DNA of 64,000 nucleotides from an uncultured Gammaproteobacteria bacterium (GTDB lineage Bacteria; Pseudomonadota; Gammaproteobacteria; UBA9214): NCBI GenBank assembly GCA_942491995.1, contig CALOCX010000003.1, positions 139,710 to 203,709 of the forward strand, read 5' to 3'. Shown piece by piece: positions 45,560 to 55,873 of this stretch (position 1 is its first letter; each line of letters starts with the position of its first letter). The notes under the pieces were generated by a model. It saw only the letters and a program-made list of their open reading frames with translations, ran no database searches and was not told where the DNA came from. The position numbers and the translations under genes were made by a program.

Positions 45560-45793
45560 ATGGCTTTATTAAGAACCATGAATGTTGAACCTGAAATCAT
45601 CAACAACACACAGTGCGACATGAATTACGCCTGCCTCTCGGGGAAAGCCGTGTGTGATGTGGAGCCGTTTGTAGACAGGGAAGTACAACTTCTCCGCTGC
45701 AAGGACGAGAGGTCGTGCGCCTTCAAGAAAAAATACCAGGGCCACTTTATCTGTACCTGCCCGGTCAACATGGCCTCGTTGAATCTCAACTGA
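45560..45793 (+). CDS. Cys-rich small protein (77 aa, 8 Cys), hypothetical
   Basis: MALLRTMNVEPEIINNTQCDMNYACLSGKAVCDVEPFVDREVQLLRCKDERSCAFKKKYQGHFICTCPVNMASLNLN, with RBS AAGGTGA. Start moved to the second Met of track ORF 45518. Confidence 0.45.
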   Translation: MALLRTMNVEPEIINNTQCDMNYACLSGKAVCDVEPFVDREVQLLRCKDERSCAFKKKYQGHFICTCPVNMASLNLN

Positions 45794-45869
45794 TTTGCTG
45801 TAACGAATGCGCTTGAATGTGAATCCGGCATTCTGATTACAGCGACCGGCCGGCTAGCGCCGGGGAGGC

Positions 45870-46376
45870 TTACTGCAACCCTTCTTCGGGATATTCCGGA
45901 AGGTTGGTAATACTGGCATCGATACCGTTGTTGCTCGCCTTCACCTGGAACTTGATATTTTTTACCCGCTTGAAGTTCACGGCAAATTCACCGGCATTGG
46001 TTTCATTCAGCGAAATCACGTAATGGTGACTGCCATTATAGTCAAGGCTCCTGAAGTACCAGTGTCGTACATGCAGGTTGTGATCGTTATCAACGCCTTC
46101 GTAAAACAAGCATTCGACATTTTTACCCGTACCGATAGTCAGTAACTCGGTTCTTGGCAAGCCCTTGAACTGCGAGGGAGTCTCGAGCGGAAATTCCCCT
46201 GAACAGATGAACGCACCGCCCAAAGGAACCCGGGCATTTTCCTCTATGATCGTGGTGTAATACTCATCTGTGTTGTAATAATATTTCGAGTCAGCGGCCT
46301 GTGCAGTTGTTGTGCACGCGGCTGACATCACAAGGCAAAGCCGGCACAGGCAGCTGAACATGCGTGATTTCTTCAT
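45870..46376 (-). CDS. Secreted protein (168 aa), hypothetical
   Basis: Signal peptide MKKSRMFSCLCRLCLVMSAACTTTAQA, Tyr/Asn-rich mature part, low-GC codon usage. Directly downstream of soxA on the same strand. Confidence 0.5.
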   Translation of the reverse strand: MKKSRMFSCLCRLCLVMSAACTTTAQAADSKYYYNTDEYYTTIIEENARVPLGGAFICSGEFPLETPSQFKGLPRTELLTIGTGKNVECLFYEGVDNDHNLHVRHWYFRSLDYNGSHHYVISLNETNAGEFAVNFKRVKNIKFQVKASNNGIDASITNLPEYPEEGLQ

Positions 46377-46400
46377 GGTGATGTCTCCGTAAAACCCGGT

Positions 46401-46447
46401 TAATTCATTATGTAACTATTCATCAAAGAGACACAGAGAACACACTA
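46401..46447. repeat. Family-2 repeat, single arm, reverse orientation
   Basis: Reverse complement reads GTGTGTTCTCTGTGTCTCTTTGATGAATAGTTACATAATGAATTA. Sits between the soxA stop and the start of the 168-aa gene. Confidence 0.6.
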
Positions 46448-47224
46448 GTAACGAACGGCGGGTGTTTCTATCCTGAGACCATTGGAACGCGACATGATAT
46501 ACAGCTCCAGCAGTTTGTTCTCTTCGGAGTCCGCGTCAAAAGGCTCGGCGCGCATCAAGCTAAGGCATTGCCGTATGCGCTGGTTAAGGCTGGTAATTTC
46601 TCCGCTGTCAAGCCGGTAGGCAGGAAAACCATTCCCCTGGCCCTGGCTGATTTTCTGACCGCGTATCATTTGACCGGGATAGACGTCATGGCACTGGTAG
46701 CAGGCCATGTCAATCAGACCATAGCGGGTCCTGTAGAGTTCTTCACCCCGTTGCAACAATTCAGCTACCTGTCCATCCGTTCGCACATTGACGGGCTCGC
46801 CGAGTGCACGGTTGCGGACAAAGGCCTCCAGGTCGACCAGCTGCGGATGATCGGTTGGCAACGGTTTACTGCCGCTATTACCTTCACGGCAACGGCTGAT
46901 CCTTTTCTGCAGCGTCACGATTTCCCCGGCTGTCTCACTATAAACAGGGTAGCGGGCAATATTCTTCGTATTCAGTTTTGCACCGTCCTTGCCATGACAT
47001 TCAGCGCAGGCCCTGTCGGCACCATCCTGTACGTTGTTAAACAGGCCCTGGCCGCGTTCAACGGCAATCATCCCCGGATTCTCGAAATCATCGTCCTGCA
47101 TGGCTCGTGACGCCGGCTTGATATAGTCATAACCGGATTTCGCTTCGCCAGCCAGGGCAGTGGTCGCCACAGCAGCCTGCAGGAAGGCGCAAAGTAACAG
47201 GTTGATTTTATTGATGCAGATCAT
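46445..47224 (-). CDS. soxA: Diheme cytochrome c SoxA (thiosulfate oxidation)
   Basis: Signal peptide and two CxxCH motifs (CAECHGKDGAKL, CYQCHDV), ~260 aa. Co-transcribed with the upstream monoheme soxX. Confidence 0.75.
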   Translation of the reverse strand: MICINKINLLLCAFLQAAVATTALAGEAKSGYDYIKPASRAMQDDDFENPGMIAVERGQGLFNNVQDGADRACAECHGKDGAKLNTKNIARYPVYSETAGEIVTLQKRISRCREGNSGSKPLPTDHPQLVDLEAFVRNRALGEPVNVRTDGQVAELLQRGEELYRTRYGLIDMACYQCHDVYPGQMIRGQKISQGQGNGFPAYRLDSGEITSLNQRIRQCLSLMRAEPFDADSEENKLLELYIMSRSNGLRIETPAVRY

Positions 47225-47700
47225 TTCAGTGTCGCCAGGTAAGCAATGACATCCTCAACCTGCTGGGCTGTGAGGAAGGTTCTGCCACGGTATTTTTTTC
47301 CGGGGCGGTTGATCAGGCGCGGGTCGCGATAGAAGCCGGGCATAATCGACATCGGATTGATGTTGCGCGTGTCAACCACACGCAGGCGTATCATCGGCAC
47401 GGACAGGCGCGAGGCAATCCCCGCCAGTGGCGGACCGATGGTGCCGTAGGCCTCGACGTCGGGAATGGGTAACTGATGACACGCCAGGCAATTGCCGCGA
47501 CTGCCGTCAGACGCGATCTTGCTGCCGCGCTGCGCGTCACCTGCCAGACCGCAAAGCGGCTCGACAATACCGTAATCCACCACCTCCCAGCGACAGTAAT
47601 CATCAGGCAGACCACCCTGCCCGCCGGCCATTACGGATAACGGCAAACCGGCCAGCAGAACAAGGAGCAGGATCCTGTGAAGTTTCATTGTGTAGCTCAT
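47221..47700 (-). CDS. soxX: Monoheme cytochrome c SoxX
   Basis: Signal peptide, GNCLACHQ heme motif, MPGF and C-terminal VEDVIAYLATLK, 159 aa. 4-bp overlap with soxA. Confidence 0.75.
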   Translation of the reverse strand: MSYTMKLHRILLLVLLAGLPLSVMAGGQGGLPDDYCRWEVVDYGIVEPLCGLAGDAQRGSKIASDGSRGNCLACHQLPIPDVEAYGTIGPPLAGIASRLSVPMIRLRVVDTRNINPMSIMPGFYRDPRLINRPGKKYRGRTFLTAQQVEDVIAYLATLK

Positions 47701-48048
47701 GGTTGTGACGACAGTTGGAACATGGACACAGGTTGCTGCAGCAGCACACTCCGTGCTCTGCGCGGAAGTCTACCAAAAACAAACTGTAAAGGGGACAGAA
47801 TAGCCCAGACCGCACGAATGACGCTGTTTTGCAAAAAAAAGGGTGAACGCGTGACATCCCATACGGCAAGCATGGAAAAAACCAGCTGCCGTGGATAAAC
47901 TACGCGCAAGAACAAAACAATTTAGCTAAGATGCTGACCCATAGCGTTCATGCTGACCACCCGTACTCCGTCAATCACACCGTACTGTGAGGAGTGACTT
48001 TTTGACTGGCGGACTTCGCCATGTCCGGATAAAAGGAAACGCTTTTAG

Positions 48049-48534
48049 ATGCTCACACATCCAATGGCTCGATTGACATTATTCCTCGCAGTGCTATTCC
48101 CGCACGCCACGCAGGCAGAGGAGCACTGGTACAATTATAATCATCTAACCTTCTCGGCAGGCACTTATATACACTACGATCCCGATGATGATCATAAAGG
48201 CAACAGGATATTTGCCAGCCTGGAAGCGGTAAAAGCCAATAACTGGTCATACGGTCTGGCTCTGTTTAATAATTCCTTCGACCAGTTTTCCCAGTATTTA
48301 TTCGGCGCCAGGACCTGGGATTTTTATGGCAGGCTCGATGGCTTCCACGCCAGGATTACCGCCGGACTGATCCATGGCTACAAGGGAGAATTCAAGGACA
48401 AAATCCCGAATAACGACGCCGGCATCGCACCTGCCATTATCCCGGGCATCGGCTACAAGAAGGGACGCTTCGGGGGCGATGTTTATATTCTGGGCATTTC
48501 AGGCCTGCTGTTCACAGTCGGTATGGATTTCTAG
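48049..48534 (+). CDS. Outer-membrane beta-barrel protein (PagL-like lipid A deacylase fold?), hypothetical
   Basis: Signal peptide MARLTLFLAVLFPHATQA, alternating aromatic/Gly pattern, ends GMDF. Family assignment is weak. Confidence 0.5.
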   Translation: MLTHPMARLTLFLAVLFPHATQAEEHWYNYNHLTFSAGTYIHYDPDDDHKGNRIFASLEAVKANNWSYGLALFNNSFDQFSQYLFGARTWDFYGRLDGFHARITAGLIHGYKGEFKDKIPNNDAGIAPAIIPGIGYKKGRFGGDVYILGISGLLFTVGMDF

Positions 48535-48548
48535 TAGCAGGTAAGAAC

Positions 48549-48574
48549 AATCGCGCCGGGGATGGCGCTCCTGC
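48549..48574. repeat. REP element, single copy, reverse orientation
   Basis: AATCGCGCCGGGGATGGCGCTCCTGC, followed by hairpin AACGGGGCG-loop-CACCCCGTT at 48581-48609. Confidence 0.85.
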
Positions 48575-48645
48575 ATCAATAACGGGGCGCTTTCAACAAG
48601 CACCCCGTTGTCTTGCAGATCAGTTTCTTTCAATGAAGCAAGGGG

Positions 48646-49275
48646 TTATTCGGCAGGCTCCAGCGATATTGCCATGGCCTCGGTATAGGTTACCTCGACA
48701 ATATCGCCTTTCTTCAACTCCTTCAGATAGTGCTGCAGATCGGGCGAATTCTTTAACGAGATCTTGCGCAGTCCGCGGTCCGGGCTGCGGAAGGAAATGA
48801 ACTTCTGGTAAGGATCGACAAAAACGACCTCGGCCCTGCGCGTCACCTCGATACCCATGGCACCGGCCGGCTTTTCTCCGGCAGGTGCCGAAATCCTGGC
48901 CGCACCGCCAGTGGTACCGAGTTCGACATCACCACCGGCCTTGACGACATCGACGATTGCGCTCAGGTAATACTTGATATTGACCTTGTCACCGATCTCG
49001 ACCTGCGGCAGATTCTTCACCTGCTCGGTTACCTGGATAACAGCTGCATTACCTTCCGGTCCCTCGATGGTGACCAGACGGTTTGGCATATCGACCGCCG
49101 TTACCGTGGCGGTTACCTCAACCAGTGTTTCCGTGTTGAGCCCTTTCGGTGGCTCCATGCGCATGTCCGCTGAGGTATCGACCTTGTCCATTTCCGGGTC
49201 ATTGTCCATGGCCGCCAGCGAGGGTATGGCCGTCATGAGTAACGAACAGGCCAGTACGATGTTGATGCTTTTCAT
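48646..49275 (-). CDS. Periplasmic protein with two homologous beta-rich repeats, hypothetical
   Basis: Signal peptide MKSINIVLACSLLMTAIPSLAA, then two ~70-aa repeats (...RLVTIEGPEGNAAVIQVTEQVKNLPQVEIGDKVNIKYY and ...EVVFVDPYQKFISFRSPDRGLRKISLKNSPDLQHYLKELKKGDIVEVTYT). Confidence 0.5.
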   Translation of the reverse strand: MKSINIVLACSLLMTAIPSLAAMDNDPEMDKVDTSADMRMEPPKGLNTETLVEVTATVTAVDMPNRLVTIEGPEGNAAVIQVTEQVKNLPQVEIGDKVNIKYYLSAIVDVVKAGGDVELGTTGGAARISAPAGEKPAGAMGIEVTRRAEVVFVDPYQKFISFRSPDRGLRKISLKNSPDLQHYLKELKKGDIVEVTYTEAMAISLEPAE

Positions 49276-49488
49276 TGTTGATTCTCCATTTGATTTATGC
49301 TGTCCCGCTTCACAACCGTGTCGGGAGTCGGAGCTTAACCCGCCTCTCTGGAAAGTAGCAACCCGCCAGAGTCATTGGCATGTATTTCATATCTGCAGGA
49401 AGACTGCCGCTTGTCCCCAGCCCGAAGAGAACACCGTCTCGGTCAACGGTTTCCTTCTGATCGCCTCTTCCTGAATCGCTGATAACGC

Positions 49489-50358
49489 CTATCCGTAGCG
49501 GATGGCACCCATCCGTCCGTGCTGATAATCCTGAATGGCCTGATCGATCTCCTGCCGGGTATTCATGACGAACGGACCGTGCTGCACCACCGGCTCCCCC
49601 AGCGGCACACCACCCAGCAGCAGCAACTGCGTGGTTGCCGAGGCACTCGCCGGCACCGACAGGTTGACACGATCGCCCTGGCCAAGCACGCCCATCTCGC
49701 CGTCCGCCAGGGGCTTGCCATTAGAGACCAGCTCGCCGGAAAAGACATACAGCAGGGCATTGCTGTCCGCTGCCAGCGGTTGATCGACGTTTGCGCCAGG
49801 TTGCAGCATCCAGTGCTGATAGACAATCGGGGTGTGCGTATCGATGCGTGCGCTGACACCCAGTGCCTCGCCCGCAATCACGCGTACCCGCGCCAACCCG
49901 TCCTCGCTGACGGCTTCAGGGATTTGACTGGCAGCAACTTCCTGATAGCGCGGCTCGGTCATCTTCAACCGCGACGGCAGATTGACCCATATCTGGAAAC
50001 CGTGTACACGTCCGCCCTCTTCCATGATGCGTGCCGAGGGCATTTCTGAATGCACCACGCCGCGCCCGGCAGTCATCCACTGCACGTCACCGGGTTGCAG
50101 GCGGCCGGCATGCCCGACCGAATCCCGATGTTCAAATTCACCCGCCAGCATATAGGTCACCGTTTCAAAGCCGCGATGCGGATGATCCGGTGCACCGATG
50201 GCCTCGCCCGGCGGGTAATCCACCGGTCCCATTTCATCAATCATCAGGATCGGATCTATGTAGCGCACACCCGGGGCCGGCAAGGGCCGCCGGATCTGGA
50301 AACCGCCCCCCTCTGTCTGACGACGGGCCTTGATCACTTGCTTGATGGTTCTGTTCAT
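49489..50358 (-). CDS. Pirin-family protein (bicupin)
   Basis: HPHRGFETVTYMLAGEFEHRDSVGH, 289 aa. Confidence 0.9.
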   Translation of the reverse strand: MNRTIKQVIKARRQTEGGGFQIRRPLPAPGVRYIDPILMIDEMGPVDYPPGEAIGAPDHPHRGFETVTYMLAGEFEHRDSVGHAGRLQPGDVQWMTAGRGVVHSEMPSARIMEEGGRVHGFQIWVNLPSRLKMTEPRYQEVAASQIPEAVSEDGLARVRVIAGEALGVSARIDTHTPIVYQHWMLQPGANVDQPLAADSNALLYVFSGELVSNGKPLADGEMGVLGQGDRVNLSVPASASATTQLLLLGGVPLGEPVVQHGPFVMNTRQEIDQAIQDYQHGRMGAIRYG

Positions 50359-50471
50359 GGATGACCTCGGTAATGGGTTATTGAGCAGATGGCGATAGTT
50401 TAACGTTTACAATTACAAGATAAACAGGTGTCTCATTGACACACTGTCTACTTATTGTTGACAATAACGGC

Positions 50472-51434
50472 ATGGATCTTCTCACCAGCATGCATATCTT
50501 CACCCATGTCGTCGAGGCCAATGGCTTTACGGCAGCAAGTACCCGGCTGGGTCTTTCGCGTGCGGCAGTCAGCAAGCACATCGCTCAACTCGAGACACAT
50601 CTGGGCGGCCAGTTGCTGCAGCGCACCACGCGCCGTGTCAGCCTCACGGACGTCGGACAAAGCTACTACGAGCGCTGCAAGCAGATTCTGGAGGACGTCG
50701 CCGATGCCGAATGTCTCGTCACTGGCCTCAACACGGAACCCCGGGGCAGCCTGCGCCTGAATGTTCCCATGAGCTTCGGCATTAAACAGATTGCCCCCCT
50801 GTTGAACCGACTAACCACGCAATACCCGCAACTCTCTATCGACCTGTCCCTGAGCGACCGGCTGGTTGATGTCGTTGAAGAAGGCTACGACCTGGTAATA
50901 CGCATCGCGACCCTGAAGGAATCGAACCTGATTGCACGACGACTGGCGCTCTGCCGTCACATCATTTGTGCGGCACCCGGCTACCTCGATCAACACGGCA
51001 GACCGGTGACCGCCGAAGACCTGGCACGCCACTCGTGCCTGCGTTATGCCTATACAAAAAACAGCAATGAGTGGCGCGTGTTTAAAAACAGGGTCGAACA
51101 CCGTGTACGTATCAAGGGTCCGCTGCTGGTCAATAACGGTGAGGCCTTGTGTGCAGCCGCTGAACACGGTGCCGGCATCACGCTGCTGCCAACATTCATC
51201 GCCGGTGAATCCATCCGCAATGGCAAACTGGAAGTTGTCCTGCCCGACTACGATTGCCCGGAACTTGGCATTTACGCCGTTTACTCATCCAGGCGCCACC
51301 AGTCCGCAAAGGTACGCGCACTGATTGACTTTCTTGCCAGTGAGATCAGTGACCCACCACGCTGGGACGAGGGACTTTTTACGCGTCAGCATAATCGAAA
51401 TCGCGCCGGGGACGGCGCTCCTACAACAGGATAA
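50472..51434 (+). CDS. LysR-family transcriptional regulator, divergent from the pirin gene
   Basis: MDLLTSMHIFTHVVEANGFTAASTRLGLSRAAVSKHIAQLETHLGGQLLQR (HTH). The C-terminal ~10 codons and the stop lie inside a REP element. Confidence 0.85.
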   Translation: MDLLTSMHIFTHVVEANGFTAASTRLGLSRAAVSKHIAQLETHLGGQLLQRTTRRVSLTDVGQSYYERCKQILEDVADAECLVTGLNTEPRGSLRLNVPMSFGIKQIAPLLNRLTTQYPQLSIDLSLSDRLVDVVEEGYDLVIRIATLKESNLIARRLALCRHIICAAPGYLDQHGRPVTAEDLARHSCLRYAYTKNSNEWRVFKNRVEHRVRIKGPLLVNNGEALCAAAEHGAGITLLPTFIAGESIRNGKLEVVLPDYDCPELGIYAVYSSRRHQSAKVRALIDFLASEISDPPRWDEGLFTRQHNRNRAGDGAPTTG

Positions 51435-51545
51435 CCGCCTTGGTGCAGATCGAATCCGCGATACCAGCGGTTGACCCAATCGCGTTTGCGAAGCACTCCT
51501 GCGCCAAACAGACACACCTGCAGGAGCACCGTCCCCGGCGCGATT
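51398..51545. repeat. REP cluster: reverse copy, degenerate reverse copy and forward copy
   Basis: AAATCGCGCCGGGGACGGCGCTCCTACAA at 51398-51426, AATCGCGTTTGCGAAGCACTCCTGCG at 51478-51503, and TGCAGGAGCACCGTCCCCGGCGCGATT at 51519-51545. Confidence 0.85.
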
Positions 51546-51604
51546 CGCTCGCTTAAGAATCCACGCAAATGAGCGTTCCTGCGCGATGAACAGTATCTCC
51601 CCGG

Positions 51605-53506
<1,902 letters not shown>

Positions 53507-53545
53507 TGATTGTCGGGTCCGGACAGGAAATGCCGTATTCTACGC

Positions 53546-54586
53546 ATGCGCGCGCTGGATGTAACACGGGCAGACGATTATCATGAAAAAATGACCATAC
53601 CCGCTGACATGAAATTCGAGTGCTACGCCGAGCGTCTGCTGAATCCGTTTCGCGGCATCACCAATACCCTCCGTTACCAGTCGGCCGAGGCAGTGACCGC
53701 GGATGGTGTACGCTGGGATATCTATGTGAGCAACGAGGCCTTGCAGGGCAACCTGCCCGGTGGCGTGCGCGCGCAAATCAGTGATATCCGTTATGGCAGC
53801 TGGAGTGCCGAGCACGGCCTGAAACGTGGTCCGATTTTCCCGTCAGAGGAATTCAGGGCCATGGAAGCGATGGGCACGACTGTCTTCAAACACCTGCTCG
53901 AAGTGCATCGCGCTATTCCGTTTCCGTTCACCGACCGCTTCGAGTTGTGGTTGCTGGACAGGCAGCAGCGGCCACTGGTGTTGCTTGACAGTGCATCCGA
54001 TGCCAGTGCGATCAATCTCAAGCAGGCCTGTGTATGGCGCCCCGGATTAAACTGCCGCAAGACCTTCACATCGGCAGTGGCTGACAGCCTGGGAATCGAT
54101 TCGTCACAGCACGGCGCCATTACCGACTATCTTGCGACCTACATTAACTCGCGTACCGCGGACGTGGCCTCTGCGCAGATTTTCGAACGCAGCGGCGATC
54201 TGTCCGGCCTTGGACTGCATGGCATCAGGCTGGACGATGCACTGCAACAGCGCCGGCTGCCAGCCGCAGATTTCCCTGTTGTGCTGATCGAGACACAGGC
54301 CCACGATGAAAAACACAGGCAACTGCTGCATGACTTTAACTGCTGGCAGGCACCGTGGTTGCTGCTGCTGCCGACACTGAGCCCCGAACTGCGTCGCGAC
54401 TGCGAGCTGCACGCCCGCGTACAGGCGCTGAAGATTGCTGCACACTATCAGCTCTACCCGGACATTATCGACCAAAACGTTATCGATTCGGCACGCATCG
54501 AGGCACGCCTGCGCAAAACCGTGGTGAAGAAAAAACATGACGAGCCCCCTCTGTCACCCTTCTACCTGGAACTTGACCCTGAATAA
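53546..54586 (+). CDS. Hypothetical protein (no recognised domain); start uncertain
   Basis: Track ORF starts 53510, only 4 bp from the divergent uup start; internal Met at 53546 or 53591 is more plausible. Confidence 0.45.
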   Translation: MRALDVTRADDYHEKMTIPADMKFECYAERLLNPFRGITNTLRYQSAEAVTADGVRWDIYVSNEALQGNLPGGVRAQISDIRYGSWSAEHGLKRGPIFPSEEFRAMEAMGTTVFKHLLEVHRAIPFPFTDRFELWLLDRQQRPLVLLDSASDASAINLKQACVWRPGLNCRKTFTSAVADSLGIDSSQHGAITDYLATYINSRTADVASAQIFERSGDLSGLGLHGIRLDDALQQRRLPAADFPVVLIETQAHDEKHRQLLHDFNCWQAPWLLLLPTLSPELRRDCELHARVQALKIAAHYQLYPDIIDQNVIDSARIEARLRKTVVKKKHDEPPLSPFYLELDPE

Positions 54587-54598
54587 CAGGACACTGCC

Positions 54599-55804
54599 AT
54601 GAGTACACAATCAACACTCGCCAGCGTCGAGGTCCGTATCGACTGGCAGGACACCGTCAGCCGGCATCACAACCGTGACCACTTCGAAAAGCTGAATTTC
54701 TGGCGCGACATCCTGCCGGGCGCACTCTCCATCACACTGCCGGACAGTCACGGCGACTGGCTGAGCGAGTCTTTTGCACCGGGCGAGCTTGTGCCACCCT
54801 GGTCAGAAAGCAACATACATCGCATCGATCGAGACGCACTGAAACTGGAACGCAAAAACGGACCCCCCATCGAACTGCATGCGGGACGGCACTATCCACA
54901 ATATATCGCCGCCGGTACGGCAGGAATCTTTGCCGGCAACTTCAAGCCACTGCGAATTATTGAAATGGATGCTGAAAGCGTTACGGTTGACCTCAACCAC
55001 CCGCTGGCACGTTCACCGCTGACCATCAGTGCACGCATCAACGAACATCTCGGCCCGGCCAGCGAACACGGCGGACGCTGCAATGACATTATCATGGACA
55101 CCCTGGCGCACGGCGTCGGTCTTGAAACCCTGTATCCGTCGGCCACGACTTGTTATCTGCCCACGAATGACCACGAGCGCATGGACACTCGCGCCGACGA
55201 ACAATTCTACGAAAACGCGCGCCTGATACAGCATATCGACACCACCGCTATCGAGCAGATCAGCGCAATCTATCGGCGCGACATGGAACCCGGCATGCAG
55301 GTCCTCGACTTCATGGCGAGCTGGGACTCGCACCTGCCTGAAGAAATCGAACAGCTGACCGTCACCGGACTGGGAATGAATGCAGAAGAACTGGCACAGA
55401 ATCCCCGGCTGCACAGCCGTGTGGTGCATGATGTCAACACGGTGTCTACCCTGCCCTTCGATGACAACCGTTTTGACGTCATCATCTGCACCGTGTCTGT
55501 CGAGTACCTGGTAAAACCCGTTGATGTCTGCCGCGAACTTGGCCGCATACTGAAACCCGGCGGCGCGGCCATCATGACGTTTTCGGATCGCTGGTTCCCG
55601 ACCAAGGTCATCACACTGTGGACCGAACTGCATCCCTTCGAACGGCTCGCCCTGGTGCAGGAATATTTCCGCGCCGCGGGGAACTTTGACTCACTGGAAA
55701 CCGAGACAGTGCACGGGCTGCCGCGGCCACAAGATGACAAGTACACCCAGCAGCGTGCCTTCTCGGACCCGGTATTCGCGGTAAGGGCAGTGGCGGCCGG
55801 TTAA
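54599..55804 (+). CDS. Two-domain protein with C-terminal class-I SAM-dependent methyltransferase fold
   Basis: DVIICTVSVEYLVKPVDVCRELGRILKPGGAAIMTFSDRW (methyltransf_11-like motif). N-terminal ~230 aa unassigned. Confidence 0.6.
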   Translation: MSTQSTLASVEVRIDWQDTVSRHHNRDHFEKLNFWRDILPGALSITLPDSHGDWLSESFAPGELVPPWSESNIHRIDRDALKLERKNGPPIELHAGRHYPQYIAAGTAGIFAGNFKPLRIIEMDAESVTVDLNHPLARSPLTISARINEHLGPASEHGGRCNDIIMDTLAHGVGLETLYPSATTCYLPTNDHERMDTRADEQFYENARLIQHIDTTAIEQISAIYRRDMEPGMQVLDFMASWDSHLPEEIEQLTVTGLGMNAEELAQNPRLHSRVVHDVNTVSTLPFDDNRFDVIICTVSVEYLVKPVDVCRELGRILKPGGAAIMTFSDRWFPTKVITLWTELHPFERLALVQEYFRAAGNFDSLETETVHGLPRPQDDKYTQQRAFSDPVFAVRAVAAG

Positions 55805-55873
55805 CAGGCGCCCGATTGTCAACAAGGCGCTGACACCGGGAAAACCCTGCCTCATTGGCAGCCCGTTATACTT

